64,000 nucleotides of DNA from an uncultured virus (IMG/VR IMGVR_UViG_3300020463_003402) (taxonomy: Duplodnaviria; Heunggongvirae; Uroviricota; Caudoviricetes), in IMG/VR virus record IMGVR_UViG_3300020463_003402. One strand, given 5' to 3'. Positions 9,175 to 19,400 of this stretch are shown in pieces. The position numbers and the translations under genes were made by a program. The notes beneath the pieces were generated by a model. That model did not search any database and was not told where the DNA came from. It saw only the letters and a list, made by a program, of their open reading frames with translations. The first letter of the stretch is position 1. Each line of letters opens with the position of its first letter.

Positions 9175-12100
9175 TAGGCTGGTCTCTCTTCTACACTAAC
9201 CAAACTCAGACGCTGGGTGTCAATAAATTGCTGCAGTAAACCGCGTTGCTGGTCTATTACGCGAAGCCGGTAGTAGAAGTTGTTTTGTGATGTGTTTGTG
9301 TCTGTAAAGGTGAAAGACCCACTGGTGATATCCCTTTGTATACAAGAGCTAGAGTCAGGGTCAGAATAATCATCCGCGTTAAAATCTATGTAAGTCATAG
9401 TCCCCGTGATATTCATTCTTTGAAGTTCAGACCAACCCGAACCGGTGAAGCTACGCTCAAGAATAAGGGTGGCGGAGGGAACGAAATCTTGATTAGTGGG
9501 ACAGGCATCACCTGAGGTAAATGTGCCTCGCCAACTTAAGCTACAGTTTACCGTTTTAGGGTTGCCGTTTGTAGTGAATGGACCAACCTCTACTGAAGGA
9601 TTTAGCGTCAGTAGTGTAGTGTCCCCACCATTTATCAACTGGCCAGTAGTTACAGACCCACCGAAATATTCGTTACCGTTAAGGTCTCGCCAACCTAAAG
9701 ATGCGTTCTGTTTTGTAAGCGCACTATAATTAGGCTCCGCGCCATTAAGGATAGGGGTCCCTTTCCAGATCCAAAGATTATCTGGACCAAAGCCATTAGG
9801 GTCTTCAATCTCCATAACATTTGGTGTAACAGTAACTTTTCTGGTTGAAACTAACGTTCCTCTAACCTCAACATCCGCGGTCATTACTAGCTTCTGAGAG
9901 GATGAGTCATAGGTAAAAAAGTCTTTCCCTGCTTTATTGGAGAACGTTAGGTTATCCATATAAAGCTTAATAGCGCTGACCCCGCTTCCCCCTGTTATCT
10001 CTAACCCTGTAAACGTTTGTTCTTCATCAACTACACCAAGGGTAAAGGTTGCTTCTAAGTTACCCATAGCGTTTTCTAACGCTTGCATGTAGCTGACGAC
10101 TGATACTGAATCACCATCTAGATTTTTTATTTTTAGCTCCGTGAAAGCACGGGCCAACGGTGCACCCATAACCCAATTACCTTCATCGTCTTCATAACCA
10201 ATCTGGACGATGTTATTTTCGACAATCTGGGTTTGAACAGTTTTATCGCCGACCTTACCCCTTAGCGCGATAATATCGAGGGAGTTAATCTTATTGGCAT
10301 CATCAAGACTTGACTGAGTTAGGATTAGGTTCTCATAGGTATCACCTAACGCGGTGGTTCTTTCATCCCAGATAGTCATATCCGCAAGCATTTGTGTAAT
10401 GCTGTCGCTTAAAGATTTACCCCAGTCGGCTCCTTCGTAATTAAGTACTTGGTCAACAACACTCCCAAGGTCTACTTGGAAGGCTTCTGTTGCCGTAATC
10501 TCTTTACGTACCCATGCGCCAAAACCTTCTTTAGAGGCTAAGCGGTACCAAATGTGGAAGACTTGCCCCTCCGCAGAGGAATAGAGCGTAATCGTGCTAC
10601 CGTTTGAATAGTCAGTAGCTTCGGTGATCACATTTTCACTATGATATTTGAACTCATAGTAACTAGAAGTCTTATCAACTTTCGGAGGCGTGAGCGTGAT
10701 AATGCCGCCTTCGTTAGTGATGGTTGGTTCTTCTGGTGGAGTTGGTGGTGCGGTAACCGTGAATGTTATCGTCTTAGGCTTGCCGTAGCTAAGTGTATTA
10801 GTAAAACCCTTAACTTTTACGACATAGCCTTCGGCTGCTCGTAAGAACCCGAATACTTGGCTACTGTCATATATCTTGTAACTAGAAATCGCGCTCTGGC
10901 CATCCGGCTTATAAAGCGTAATTTCATACCCATAGTTGTTATCATCCCACGTTACCAAATGGGGGTCTTCATCCGAGAAAACGTATTGATATCTTAAGTT
11001 CGTTATCTCTTGCGCTGGGTTACTTACTTGGAATGCTAGGGGACTTTGGAACAGGTCGGGGTAAAAGCCTCCGACAAGATCCACAACGCGTGCTGTAATA
11101 TATAAATCAGAAGGCAGTTCCTTACCTTCAACAGCAACCTCGAACTCGCTTTTAGGAATAATTAGCGAAGACTTTGCGGTCTTGGTCAAAAGGTGCACGC
11201 GGTTATCTGGGTCCACATCGTCGTATATCTTAAACTGAATACCCAACACACCATTTGTCTCAAGTAAGTTAACGCGGTTAACTTCTGTAGAGCCAAAGTC
11301 AAACATTACTTTACTGTCAATAGTTAAGGCGTAGTTCTCATAGCGAATAGCGATTTCTGGGGTTATACCCGCGTCTCTCAAATCCTCCGCAGAAACCATC
11401 GTTGTAGACCATTGCAGAACCGTCCAAGGGCTGGCGTTATCCCCTTGAGCACTGCGTACCTCTATTTGAATATCCCCAAGCTTTACGTTCTGAATTTCGA
11501 AATAAAGGTTGTTGGTTTTTGTGGTGTACTCTCGACCATTAACCGATTGTTCCGTAATGCGAACCTCAAAATAACCCCCAGGGGGTAATGGGGCCTCTAG
11601 CTCCCAACCAATCCATAAGTTTATCTGCTCTACACCACGAACCTGAATATGCTCTTCATCAACAACCCGAAGGTTTTTTACTTTGCGAACTTGCGGCCTC
11701 AGAAGAAACGAGTATTTAGGGGCTTCCGAAATAATAAGGTTGTCGGCATCCGTGTGTTTGTTGAGGTTTACTTCCTGACAAAAGAAGTCATAAAGCTCGG
11801 GGATGCTATCATTCTCATTTACCGAGATAATGCGCCATGGCTTGGGGAGACCTATAAGCTGGCCATTTCTTGAAGCTGAAACCACAACCGGCGCATATTT
11901 ATTAAATAGTGCAAGGTCCGGCATAGGTTGTTTTAGCTTCAACCTGTAAATAGGTTTACCAATGTCTGAAGAGAGCACATCCATTGTGAAATCGAAGTTT
12001 TCGTATTTCCCCATAACTTTTACGTTATAGGTCCCGCCCTCATCGAAATACACGGGGTCTCTAAGTGTGACCGCTTTGCTCTCTAACTTAACCGCTCTTC

Positions 12101-13745
12101 CCGAATACGCATGGCCTGTCTCGGGGTCCACAATATTGATAATATCCATAGGTTCAAATTCCATCCCTAATTGGGGTGCGGAAAAAGAAACCGTTCTAGT
12201 CTCTGTCGTTACGGAAGAGATATAAAACGTCATTCTACGTTTTACTTCCCAGATATCCGTCGCGCCTTTTGCATCAAACTCGTGGGTATTCAACCCATAT
12301 TTAAGGATAGAGTCCTCATCACGAATCTCGGCAACGTACTGTTGTTCATAATCTAGTGAGGCATCGATGTAGCTTGAAGTCACAGCATTGTGGCGCTCAG
12401 ATAGTGCCGAAAAATTATACGAGAATGGAGACCCGTCCGTTTCGGTCATGCACATTTCAGGTGTAACCCAAGCAACTGGTAGGCTTGGCAAATCGGCTAT
12501 AAATTTTATTTCGCCGGAGTCTTCTTCAATCGGCCTAGCGAAAGCACTACCTAAGACATAACGAAGAACGTCCCACCCATTTTGAGGCTCAGTCAATACC
12601 GCATTAAATGTATAACGAGGGCACTTTTCCTGTCCCGTAATAGGGTTGGTTAAGTTCTTTTCATTAGTCTGAAAGTCATAACCATCCGCGTACTTCGCCA
12701 TACGATAAACGGTATAACGATTAATCTTCACGCGGGGGTTTGCTTTTACTATGCCCCAAACAGGATTGGTAACCAGCTCATAAGCAATCCAAAATGGGTT
12801 GTCTGTAGTAGCCTTTTGAGCTTTAAACTGACCATCCCACGCCGAGCTCTCTTCATAAGTCTTGGCTTTAGGATCGTAATTGGAGGGTATTGAACACTTT
12901 ATCCCGTCATAATTGGCACTGACATTTGGGATATTTGTGAGCTGCTGGCCAAGAACCCCAACCACATGCATCATCGCAAGCCCAGGATGATACTCTAAAT
13001 CCGAGTCGCTATATTCCACACCGTTCTCGGTGTAGGCGTCACCAGATTTAGTTAACAGTTCATAGCTAGTCCAAGATATTGCCGCTATTTCTTCCTCATT
13101 AGAGTCTTCAGTCAAACGGGTAACTCTAATCTCAAACTGGTCATTAGGTTTAGTTCTGGGGAGGCGTATATTATGAACTTTTATAAAAGGACTGACCGTG
13201 GTTTTACCCGAAATAACCATAGAGCTAGAAACCCAGTTATCATCCAGTAGGTTTTTATACTCGATTCGAAAGTTAGCTCGGTGGGTTTTTGAACCATCAT
13301 CAGTGTAGCGAACTAACTGGGATACCGTAAAACGTAACTCAATCTCATCGAACCCCGACACTGTTGTAACCGTAGTTCGTGTCACCGGCGCGAGATACGC
13401 TAAGTTCGCAGAAACTTGCTGAATAATATTTTGTCCCCCTAAAGCAAACCATATAGGGGTTTGGCCTTCTTCAGGGTCGTCTTTTGCTGAAATCAAAGTA
13501 CCTTGCTCGAAACGCAGCATTAAGCTGGCGTTATCAAAGTTAGTTTGATTTAGGCTGTTGAATACTGGTGTATCGTCAATGAAGATATTGCGAAGCTTTT
13601 CTTCTGGGGTATCACCCACGACGCCGCCTATCGGTCCCTCGGATACTCCAAGGACGAATTCAAATGCGTCTGTAGAAAATAGGTTGTCCGCGTCATTAGA
13701 GGGTTTACTACCCCCTCCGCGGCCTTTGAACGTGTTATGCGCCAC
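9174..13745 (-). CDS. Central tail tip / host-specificity protein (lambda gpJ-like)
   Basis: GVSEGPIGG, TDNPFWIAYELVTNPVWG and PRYTFNAV gpJ motifs; 1523 aa. Confidence 0.9.
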   Translation of the reverse strand: MAHNTFKGRGGGSKPSNDADNLFSTDAFEFVLGVSEGPIGGVVGDTPEEKLRNIFIDDTPVFNSLNQTNFDNASLMLRFEQGTLISAKDDPEEGQTPIWFALGGQNIIQQVSANLAYLAPVTRTTVTTVSGFDEIELRFTVSQLVRYTDDGSKTHRANFRIEYKNLLDDNWVSSSMVISGKTTVSPFIKVHNIRLPRTKPNDQFEIRVTRLTEDSNEEEIAAISWTSYELLTKSGDAYTENGVEYSDSDLEYHPGLAMMHVVGVLGQQLTNIPNVSANYDGIKCSIPSNYDPKAKTYEESSAWDGQFKAQKATTDNPFWIAYELVTNPVWGIVKANPRVKINRYTVYRMAKYADGYDFQTNEKNLTNPITGQEKCPRYTFNAVLTEPQNGWDVLRYVLGSAFARPIEEDSGEIKFIADLPSLPVAWVTPEMCMTETDGSPFSYNFSALSERHNAVTSSYIDASLDYEQQYVAEIRDEDSILKYGLNTHEFDAKGATDIWEVKRRMTFYISSVTTETRTVSFSAPQLGMEFEPMDIINIVDPETGHAYSGRAVKLESKAVTLRDPVYFDEGGTYNVKVMGKYENFDFTMDVLSSDIGKPIYRLKLKQPMPDLALFNKYAPVVVSASRNGQLIGLPKPWRIISVNENDSIPELYDFFCQEVNLNKHTDADNLIISEAPKYSFLLRPQVRKVKNLRVVDEEHIQVRGVEQINLWIGWELEAPLPPGGYFEVRITEQSVNGREYTTKTNNLYFEIQNVKLGDIQIEVRSAQGDNASPWTVLQWSTTMVSAEDLRDAGITPEIAIRYENYALTIDSKVMFDFGSTEVNRVNLLETNGVLGIQFKIYDDVDPDNRVHLLTKTAKSSLIIPKSEFEVAVEGKELPSDLYITARVVDLVGGFYPDLFQSPLAFQVSNPAQEITNLRYQYVFSDEDPHLVTWDDNNYGYEITLYKPDGQSAISSYKIYDSSQVFGFLRAAEGYVVKVKGFTNTLSYGKPKTITFTVTAPPTPPEEPTITNEGGIITLTPPKVDKTSSYYEFKYHSENVITEATDYSNGSTITLYSSAEGQVFHIWYRLASKEGFGAWVRKEITATEAFQVDLGSVVDQVLNYEGADWGKSLSDSITQMLADMTIWDERTTALGDTYENLILTQSSLDDANKINSLDIIALRGKVGDKTVQTQIVENNIVQIGYEDDEGNWVMGAPLARAFTELKIKNLDGDSVSVVSYMQALENAMGNLEATFTLGVVDEEQTFTGLEITGGSGVSAIKLYMDNLTFSNKAGKDFFTYDSSSQKLVMTADVEVRGTLVSTRKVTVTPNVMEIEDPNGFGPDNLWIWKGTPILNGAEPNYSALTKQNASLGWRDLNGNEYFGGSVTTGQLINGGDTTLLTLNPSVEVGPFTTNGNPKTVNCSLSWRGTFTSGDACPTNQDFVPSATLILERSFTGSGWSELQRMNITGTMTYIDFNADDYSDPDSSSCIQRDITSGSFTFTDTNTSQNNFYYRLRVIDQQRGLLQQFIDTQRLSLVSVEERPA

Positions 13746-13777
13746 TTAAGCCCCAATATCGTCAATTTATCCAGATT

Positions 13778-14545
13778 TTAAAGTGTTCGTTGGTTTCTTA
13801 TACCATCAATCTCTCGACCCCCTCTTGGGGTCCAAGTAGTTTGGCCTACTTCCTGAGACTCACTATTGAAGTATAGAGTAGACCAAGAATCTCGTCGGTT
13901 GTCACTAACTTCATCCCAAACAACGTTAGTAAAATTTCTAATATCTGCAGAAGACCTACCGACACTTTCAATATTAAACTGGAACAAGTGGCCACCGAAC
14001 CTATGGCGCCCAAAAATCATCGCCACGGGGGTACCTGAACGTATGGTGTTAGGGTAAGACGTTGCGGTATTGCTGGTTTCTTCTGAAGTATTGTTCTCGG
14101 GGGTGGGCATGAGCTCCTGTGCTAGTCCCCCTACGATTAAGGCAAAACCAATATTAGCTAATAAAACATTAACACTTACCATACCCGCAGAGCCTAAAGC
14201 CGTAAATCCCACTGCAATTGGTGGGGCTATAATAGCTATCGATATTAAGATAATACCGACTACTATTTTTACCCACCCATTACTACCCCCACTACCTTGA
14301 AAACCTTTTAGTGTTTTAAGTGTTTGCTTGCGTCTTAGGGTCATTACCCCTTCATTAACGGCCTCATCTAAGTCTAACGTAGAGTTAATTCCCTCTATCT
14401 CACAAACATAGCGAACCTTAGCCTTACGCGGATTAAAAGGCTCTTGCAGTTTTAATGCTTCAAGGGCTTCCCTATAATTGGCCGCAACGGTTTTAATAAC
14501 CTTAGGGATAGTATCCCCAAACCCCACGAGATTAATTGTCACCAT
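13778..14545 (-). CDS. Tail assembly protein (lambda gpI-like)
   Basis: Hydrophobic Gly-rich middle; NTIRSGTPVAMIFGRHRFGG motif. Confidence 0.8.
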   Translation of the reverse strand: MVTINLVGFGDTIPKVIKTVAANYREALEALKLQEPFNPRKAKVRYVCEIEGINSTLDLDEAVNEGVMTLRRKQTLKTLKGFQGSGGSNGWVKIVVGIILISIAIIAPPIAVGFTALGSAGMVSVNVLLANIGFALIVGGLAQELMPTPENNTSEETSNTATSYPNTIRSGTPVAMIFGRHRFGGHLFQFNIESVGRSSADIRNFTNVVWDEVSDNRRDSWSTLYFNSESQEVGQTTWTPRGGREIDGIRNQRTL

Positions 14546-14867
14546 GAGGGACTACCTCCTCTAAAATTACACATTCAGACTTCACCGAGAATTTAACCAC
14601 TTTGTACTTCGACACTATCCAATGGTCCCATTCTGGAAGAGCTAAAAAGGTGTAGTAGTCTGATAAGCTAAGATTTGAAAAATCATCGGTATGTGAATGC
14701 CACGAGGCCACGGTGTCCTCGTAGTACTTTTCAAAATCTGACTCTGAGACTTCAAACTCATTCTTGGGATCTTCAGCTATGTTATCGACTTCAACAATTT
14801 CACCGGACTTTAGAATAAAGCCACAGCGCTCGGCTTTCTCATTCCATAAATCACTCAACTTTTTCAC
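14532..14867 (-). CDS. JAB/MPN-domain tail protein (gpK N-terminal half)
   Basis: ERCGFIL, WHSHT and SLSD JAB motifs; GTG start with GGAG SD. Confidence 0.8.
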   Translation of the reverse strand: MKKLSDLWNEKAERCGFILKSGEIVEVDNIAEDPKNEFEVSESDFEKYYEDTVASWHSHTDDFSNLSLSDYYTFLALPEWDHWIVSKYKVVKFSVKSECVILEEVVPHGDN

Positions 14868-15348
14868 TTTTAGCACTCCGTAATTTGGCACGCAGGTGAA
14901 TAGGTAAACCTTTATGCAGATTGTGAAGGGCTACAGCATCCGTGGTTTTTTGAATCTCTGGGTGTCGAACCACACGAACCACACGAAAACGCCATTTATC
15001 GTCATAGTCAACGATTTCACTTACGCGGCCTTGCAAATGATGAAGGATCTTTTGTCGTCCCACGTAGATAGCTACGTGGTTTACTACTTCACTTCCGACA
15101 ATTCGCATCATTAATACATCACCGAACCTCACTTTGTGCGGACAATTATTCGTGTCCTCAAAGCCCTCTCTTTCAAACAGCCTAGAAAAGAAATCTAAAT
15201 TCGGGTCTTGAATCCAGTTGTTCGGCCTCGCGTAATTCGTCAATTCCATCTGGTAACGAGTTTTATAAAAATCTCTAATTAGGGTGTAACAGTCTTGAAT
15301 ACCCTGTTCGTAGATATGGCCGCAAAAGGTGTTTAATTCTTTGATCAT
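14851..15348 (-). CDS. NlpC/P60 tail peptidase (gpK C-terminal half)
   Basis: QDCYTLIRDFY, NHVAIYVG, ILHH. Confidence 0.85.
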   Translation of the reverse strand: MIKELNTFCGHIYEQGIQDCYTLIRDFYKTRYQMELTNYARPNNWIQDPNLDFFSRLFEREGFEDTNNCPHKVRFGDVLMMRIVGSEVVNHVAIYVGRQKILHHLQGRVSEIVDYDDKWRFRVVRVVRHPEIQKTTDAVALHNLHKGLPIHLRAKLRSAKSEKVE

Positions 15349-15833
15349 ATTATTACCGTACTAAATTCGGGCTGGATATATCTGCGTGGGGGGAACTTAG
15401 TTTTATTACCGTCAGAAAGCCTTCTTAACTGAAGGGTGAGAATAGACGAGCTAATATTACTAGGGTGAGAAACATAAAAAACGTGGCGAGACGTTAGAGA
15501 GCCACCTTTTTCGTGAGGAAGTGCTTTGTAGCGTGTCACCACCGAATCTTCTAACAAGCCTTGGTTTAGATAATAACTGTATAGCCCCCCCTCGTTGGGG
15601 AGTGATAGGCTAGGACGGTTCTTCTCTCCGGTGGATTTATTGGATATACCAGAGACTTTAAAAGGTGAATGTACCCATGTGGAACCATTCCAGTCACGGG
15701 TTTCTCTATCCGTAAGACGAATAATAACCGGCTGACCATCGGTGTCTTCGATAATGATTTCTAAATAGGTGGTTAAGTCTTCAGGGGTCAGCGAATGCCG
15801 TTGAGACTGAATTTCTTGTGAAAGTTCTTTCAT
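15345..15833 (-). CDS. Minor tail protein (lambda gpL-like)
   Basis: PFKVSGIS..GEKNRPSLSL; synteny; ATG abuts GGAAATTGACG. Confidence 0.7.
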   Translation of the reverse strand: MKELSQEIQSQRHSLTPEDLTTYLEIIIEDTDGQPVIIRLTDRETRDWNGSTWVHSPFKVSGISNKSTGEKNRPSLSLPNEGGLYSYYLNQGLLEDSVVTRYKALPHEKGGSLTSRHVFYVSHPSNISSSILTLQLRRLSDGNKTKFPPRRYIQPEFSTVII

Positions 15834-15902
15834 CGTCAATTTCCCTCAATTTTCGCCTAGTATACCGAAAAGAGGAATAGATTGAATATTTTTCAAGCGC
15901 CC

Positions 15903-15935
15903 AAAAACAGAACACCCCAGCAAGGCTGAGGCGTT
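15903..15935 (-). terminator. Intrinsic terminator of the candidate sRNA
   Basis: AACGCCUCAGC-cuu-GCUGGGGUGUU stem followed by CUGUUUUU. Confidence 0.7.
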
Positions 15936-15981
15936 GATTTGGAAATTGACGATAATTAGGAGCCACATGGACTACTAACCG
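15903..15981 (-). ncRNA. Candidate ~80-nt trans-acting antisense sRNA complementary to the genome-wide start-associated motif
   Basis: Own promoter and terminator; contains CUCCUAAUUAUCGUCAAUUUCCAAAU, the reverse complement of ATTTGGAAATTGACGATAATTAGGAG. Confidence 0.7.
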
Positions 15982-15987
15982 AGGTCA

Positions 15988-16016
15988 ATACTACGGACTC
16001 ACAATTTTATTGTCAA
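15988..16016 (-). promoter_or_regulatory. Sigma70 promoter of the candidate sRNA
   Basis: TTGACA-17bp-TAGTAT with an AT-rich UP-like tract at 16017-16050. Confidence 0.75.
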
Positions 16017-16053
16017 TAATATTGTTTAAATTAATTAATAAATATTTTATCAA

Positions 16054-16440
16054 TTAAAGTCCTACCTCACGCAACGTAATAGTAAAAGGTTCAATAGCGC
16101 CATCCCCCCCTGTAATACCTTCCGGTAGCTCAAGGGGTTGGTCAAACCTTACCACGACATTCCCGAATTTGTGGTGTTGAAAAATAAACTCTTTCCAAGT
16201 TTCGTGACGTTGGTAAAACTCATCCAAATGATCAGCACTATACCGACGTTCCTTTGGACCTAGAAGTTGGGGATTTTCAAAATATTTCATTACTGAATAT
16301 TTCAATGTAAATATCCTGCTAACAGGGGCCGTAGGCTTAGTTACATAGTCCCATTGATTACCTAAGGTCAACTTAGTTGAGCGGTCCCTATAACGATGAG
16401 AGACCTTATGGTAAATAAAATTAAACTGTTCCAATGACAT
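16054..16440 (-). CDS. Distal/minor tail protein (lambda gpM-like)
   Basis: After the tape measure gene; LDEFYQRH..WKEFIF; size. Confidence 0.7.
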   Translation of the reverse strand: MSLEQFNFIYHKVSHRYRDRSTKLTLGNQWDYVTKPTAPVSRIFTLKYSVMKYFENPQLLGPKERRYSADHLDEFYQRHETWKEFIFQHHKFGNVVVRFDQPLELPEGITGGDGAIEPFTITLREVGL

Positions 16441-19400
16441 TATTTAGTCCTCATTGCTACCTGTGCTACCAGTGAAGCAAGTTCACCGTCTCTCGCGATA
16501 TCATCACCAATAATAGCTTTCACATCGTTTGGCCCCATAGGTGGTAATTGCTTCTCACTTACCACGTAAACATTAACAACGCCGCCGCCTTCACTATTTG
16601 ATGCCGACATAGCCTGGGTAGCATTGCTATTCATCATTTCTTTATCTTTGACACTATTAGGGTCTGCAGAGTTGAGTGCTTTGACCGTCTCTAGACCTAA
16701 AGCATCTACTGCCGCTTTGCGAAGAACAAACTCACCACGACTCACTTTGGCATAGGTTGAATCTCGAGTAGACATCCCACTGGTAATTAATCCCCCAGTC
16801 TTATAACTACCGGCTATTACTGGACCACCAGTAAACATCCCGCCACCAAAGAAACCACCCATTCCGCCGCCCATACCTCCACCCATCAGGCCGAGACCGG
16901 AGAAGAGTGACATTATTAACTGGTTAGCTAAAGCGCGGGTCGCGATATTGGCCATTTCCGTAAGTATGCTTACCCCTAATGACCTGAATGCGTCTTCTGA
17001 GTCACTGGCCCCTGTAATGATATCCGCGAACGTTGCTCCAAAAGCATCACCTAAACCTTTAGCAGCTTCCGTCGCTTCCATCGTCATTTGGGTTAAGACG
17101 TCAAAGTTTTCGTAACTACTATTAACTTCATCAACAATATAGGAACCCGCGTTAGCGAACTGAGAAGCTACACCTTTGCCTCCTCGACCTCCGTAGGTTT
17201 CATCAACCCCTTGCTCCCCCAGAGGAGAATACTGCGTGCCATAAATCGCGGCTTGAGTTTGGCGAAACTGGTCACTTTCATAAATACTCTGATTTATCTT
17301 TCGAACCGTGTCCCCCATCTGGTCTCTAAATTCCCGTAGGCCACGATCCGCTTCTTTAGAAGCTTGTGAAAGGTCCTCAAGATTAGAGTCAAGACTAATA
17401 TTTTGCCCTTCAATTCCTTCAATAGACTTTCTTGTTTTCGCTTTAGAGCGGCCATCCGTTAGCGCGGGGTTATCAACAATGGTTTCTTGAAGATAATTAG
17501 CAAAATCCATTAAGGCTTCTTTCGCTTGTCGAACGGCTTGTTCTTCTAAAGCGATCGCCTCTTTTTCTAGTTGTACTGCTTGGCTCTCAATATCGTTAGC
17601 AATACCCGCGGCACGCTCTCGGGTTTCGTCGGTGTAGCCTTCATTGTTTGAGATATCAATATAGCGCTGGGCTTCATAGCGGGTGTCTTCCGCTTGGGTT
17701 CTTAGTTTTTCAGCTTCTTGCCGTGCTTTGGCCAAAGCATTGTTTATCTCACCTTGTTCCGTACCAATAACATCAGTTAAGAGACGCGATAACTCATCAT
17801 CATCACCAAGCAATTTAAAATCACGAACGTCTAGGTCTTGTTGTTCACCAATAGAACGTTCGAGACGACTTCTTGCAAAGGTCTTTGCTTGTATCGTATC
17901 GAATTCTTGGTTCCCTAAGGTAACCCGAGCATTTAGCTCTCTGTCTCGCTGAGCAACAGAGACAGGAGAGTTACCATCAATGGCCGCAAAGAGAGTGTCT
18001 TGCTCATTGGCCACACGCTCTCGCTCAAGGTTTAGTTCTTGGAGCTTAGTTTTTATTTCATCTGAAGTTTCTCGGTCCGTAACTTGGCGAAGTTGATCAC
18101 GAAGTACATCCAGCTCTTTATCTAACTCCGCCAGTCGTGCGGGGTAATATAAATTAGCATCCGGCCTAGCATCCTTCGCAACCGATTGTAGTGAGCGCTC
18201 AAGCTTACCTCTCGCTTCCCCTGCGGCTTGGTAATAGCCTTGTTCCTGAAGCACAAGTCTAGGGTTAGAAACCCCTTGCGCTTCTAATTCCGCAATGGCC
18301 TCTTTCTCATCTTCTAGCAAGGCTTTTATCTGGTCACGAACCAGTGTATTTATGTCCTTGAATGTGCCTAAGTAGTCACTGGTCTCGTAGTCTTTGTTTT
18401 TCTCTGTTAACGCATTGATTTCCTCGCTGGTCTCAGCGATATCATTTAACAGTTCGCGACGATTCTTAATTACCACTTGGGCAATTTTTCGCTCTTCCTC
18501 TTTGATACTCGGGTCTAACGAATCGTATTGTTTCTGGTTGTTCTCCACTTCCAGCAACGTGTTCGCTCGATTAAGCATTTCTTGAGCAAGGTTGTTTATA
18601 TACTCTTCGGCTTTATCCCGTGCATCACCGGATAGGCCAAATTGCTGCATTAGGGAATCTAGTTCTTGCGGAGATTGATTTAGGATATTAAATAACTGGC
18701 TTTGCAATGCTTGTGTTTGCGTGCGTGCCTCTTGTGCACGGCCATAAGCACCGGCCTCTTGAGGGTTAATGTTGCGAATAAGCTCGTTGATACCCGCAAG
18801 ATCATCCCCAAAATTCGGCAGCGCTGTATCTATCAGACTTCTATAAACATTTCCTCGACTTGCAAAACGGCCACGTTGGGTCGCGGTTTTACCGCTACCA
18901 ACGCTAACATCCGTTCCCTTCTCTTCGGCTAGAAGTCTGCGTTCAGATGAATCGAAAAAGCCGATTGAAAACAACTCATTTAATTTAGCTTCCGAGTTGT
19001 CAACAAAGTTATTCCGGTTTTGGTTCTGAAGGTACCCCACTCCATCCCGAGTAGCGTCTTCAAACTCCTTCATCTTGGTAATAAGCTTGTCGTAGCTGTC
19101 TATCGAATCATCAATGTACAACCCTTGCTGGCGAAACTCATCGTTAAGACGACGTATCTCGCGCTGAAGAGACTCATTATTCGTAAGGTCATTTTGCTTT
19201 AAGATAAGCGTATCGATAGCCGACCCAACTTTTTTAAGCTGGTCTTCATAAACCTTAGTTTCAGAGGTACCACGGTTTAAGGCTGCTTGCGTGCTATCAA
19301 CACGGTCATTAGCTCGGGCTCGGCCATCGAGATACTGATATCCGTAAACCCCTGCGGTACCTACGGCAGTAGCAAGACCAACCCCAGGTATTGCACGAGC

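Noticed and set aside
15834..15839. TTG starts giving 'MTM/MTI' N-termini in the ORF track
   Set aside because: Artefact of the motif (TTG-ACG-ATG); SD spacing supports the downstream ATG/GTG.
15967..15978. Plus-strand mini-ORF ATG GAC TAC TAA behind motif + AGGAG
   Set aside because: Only 3 codons. The promoter and terminator point the other way, so the apparent SD is better explained as the sRNA's anti-SD.
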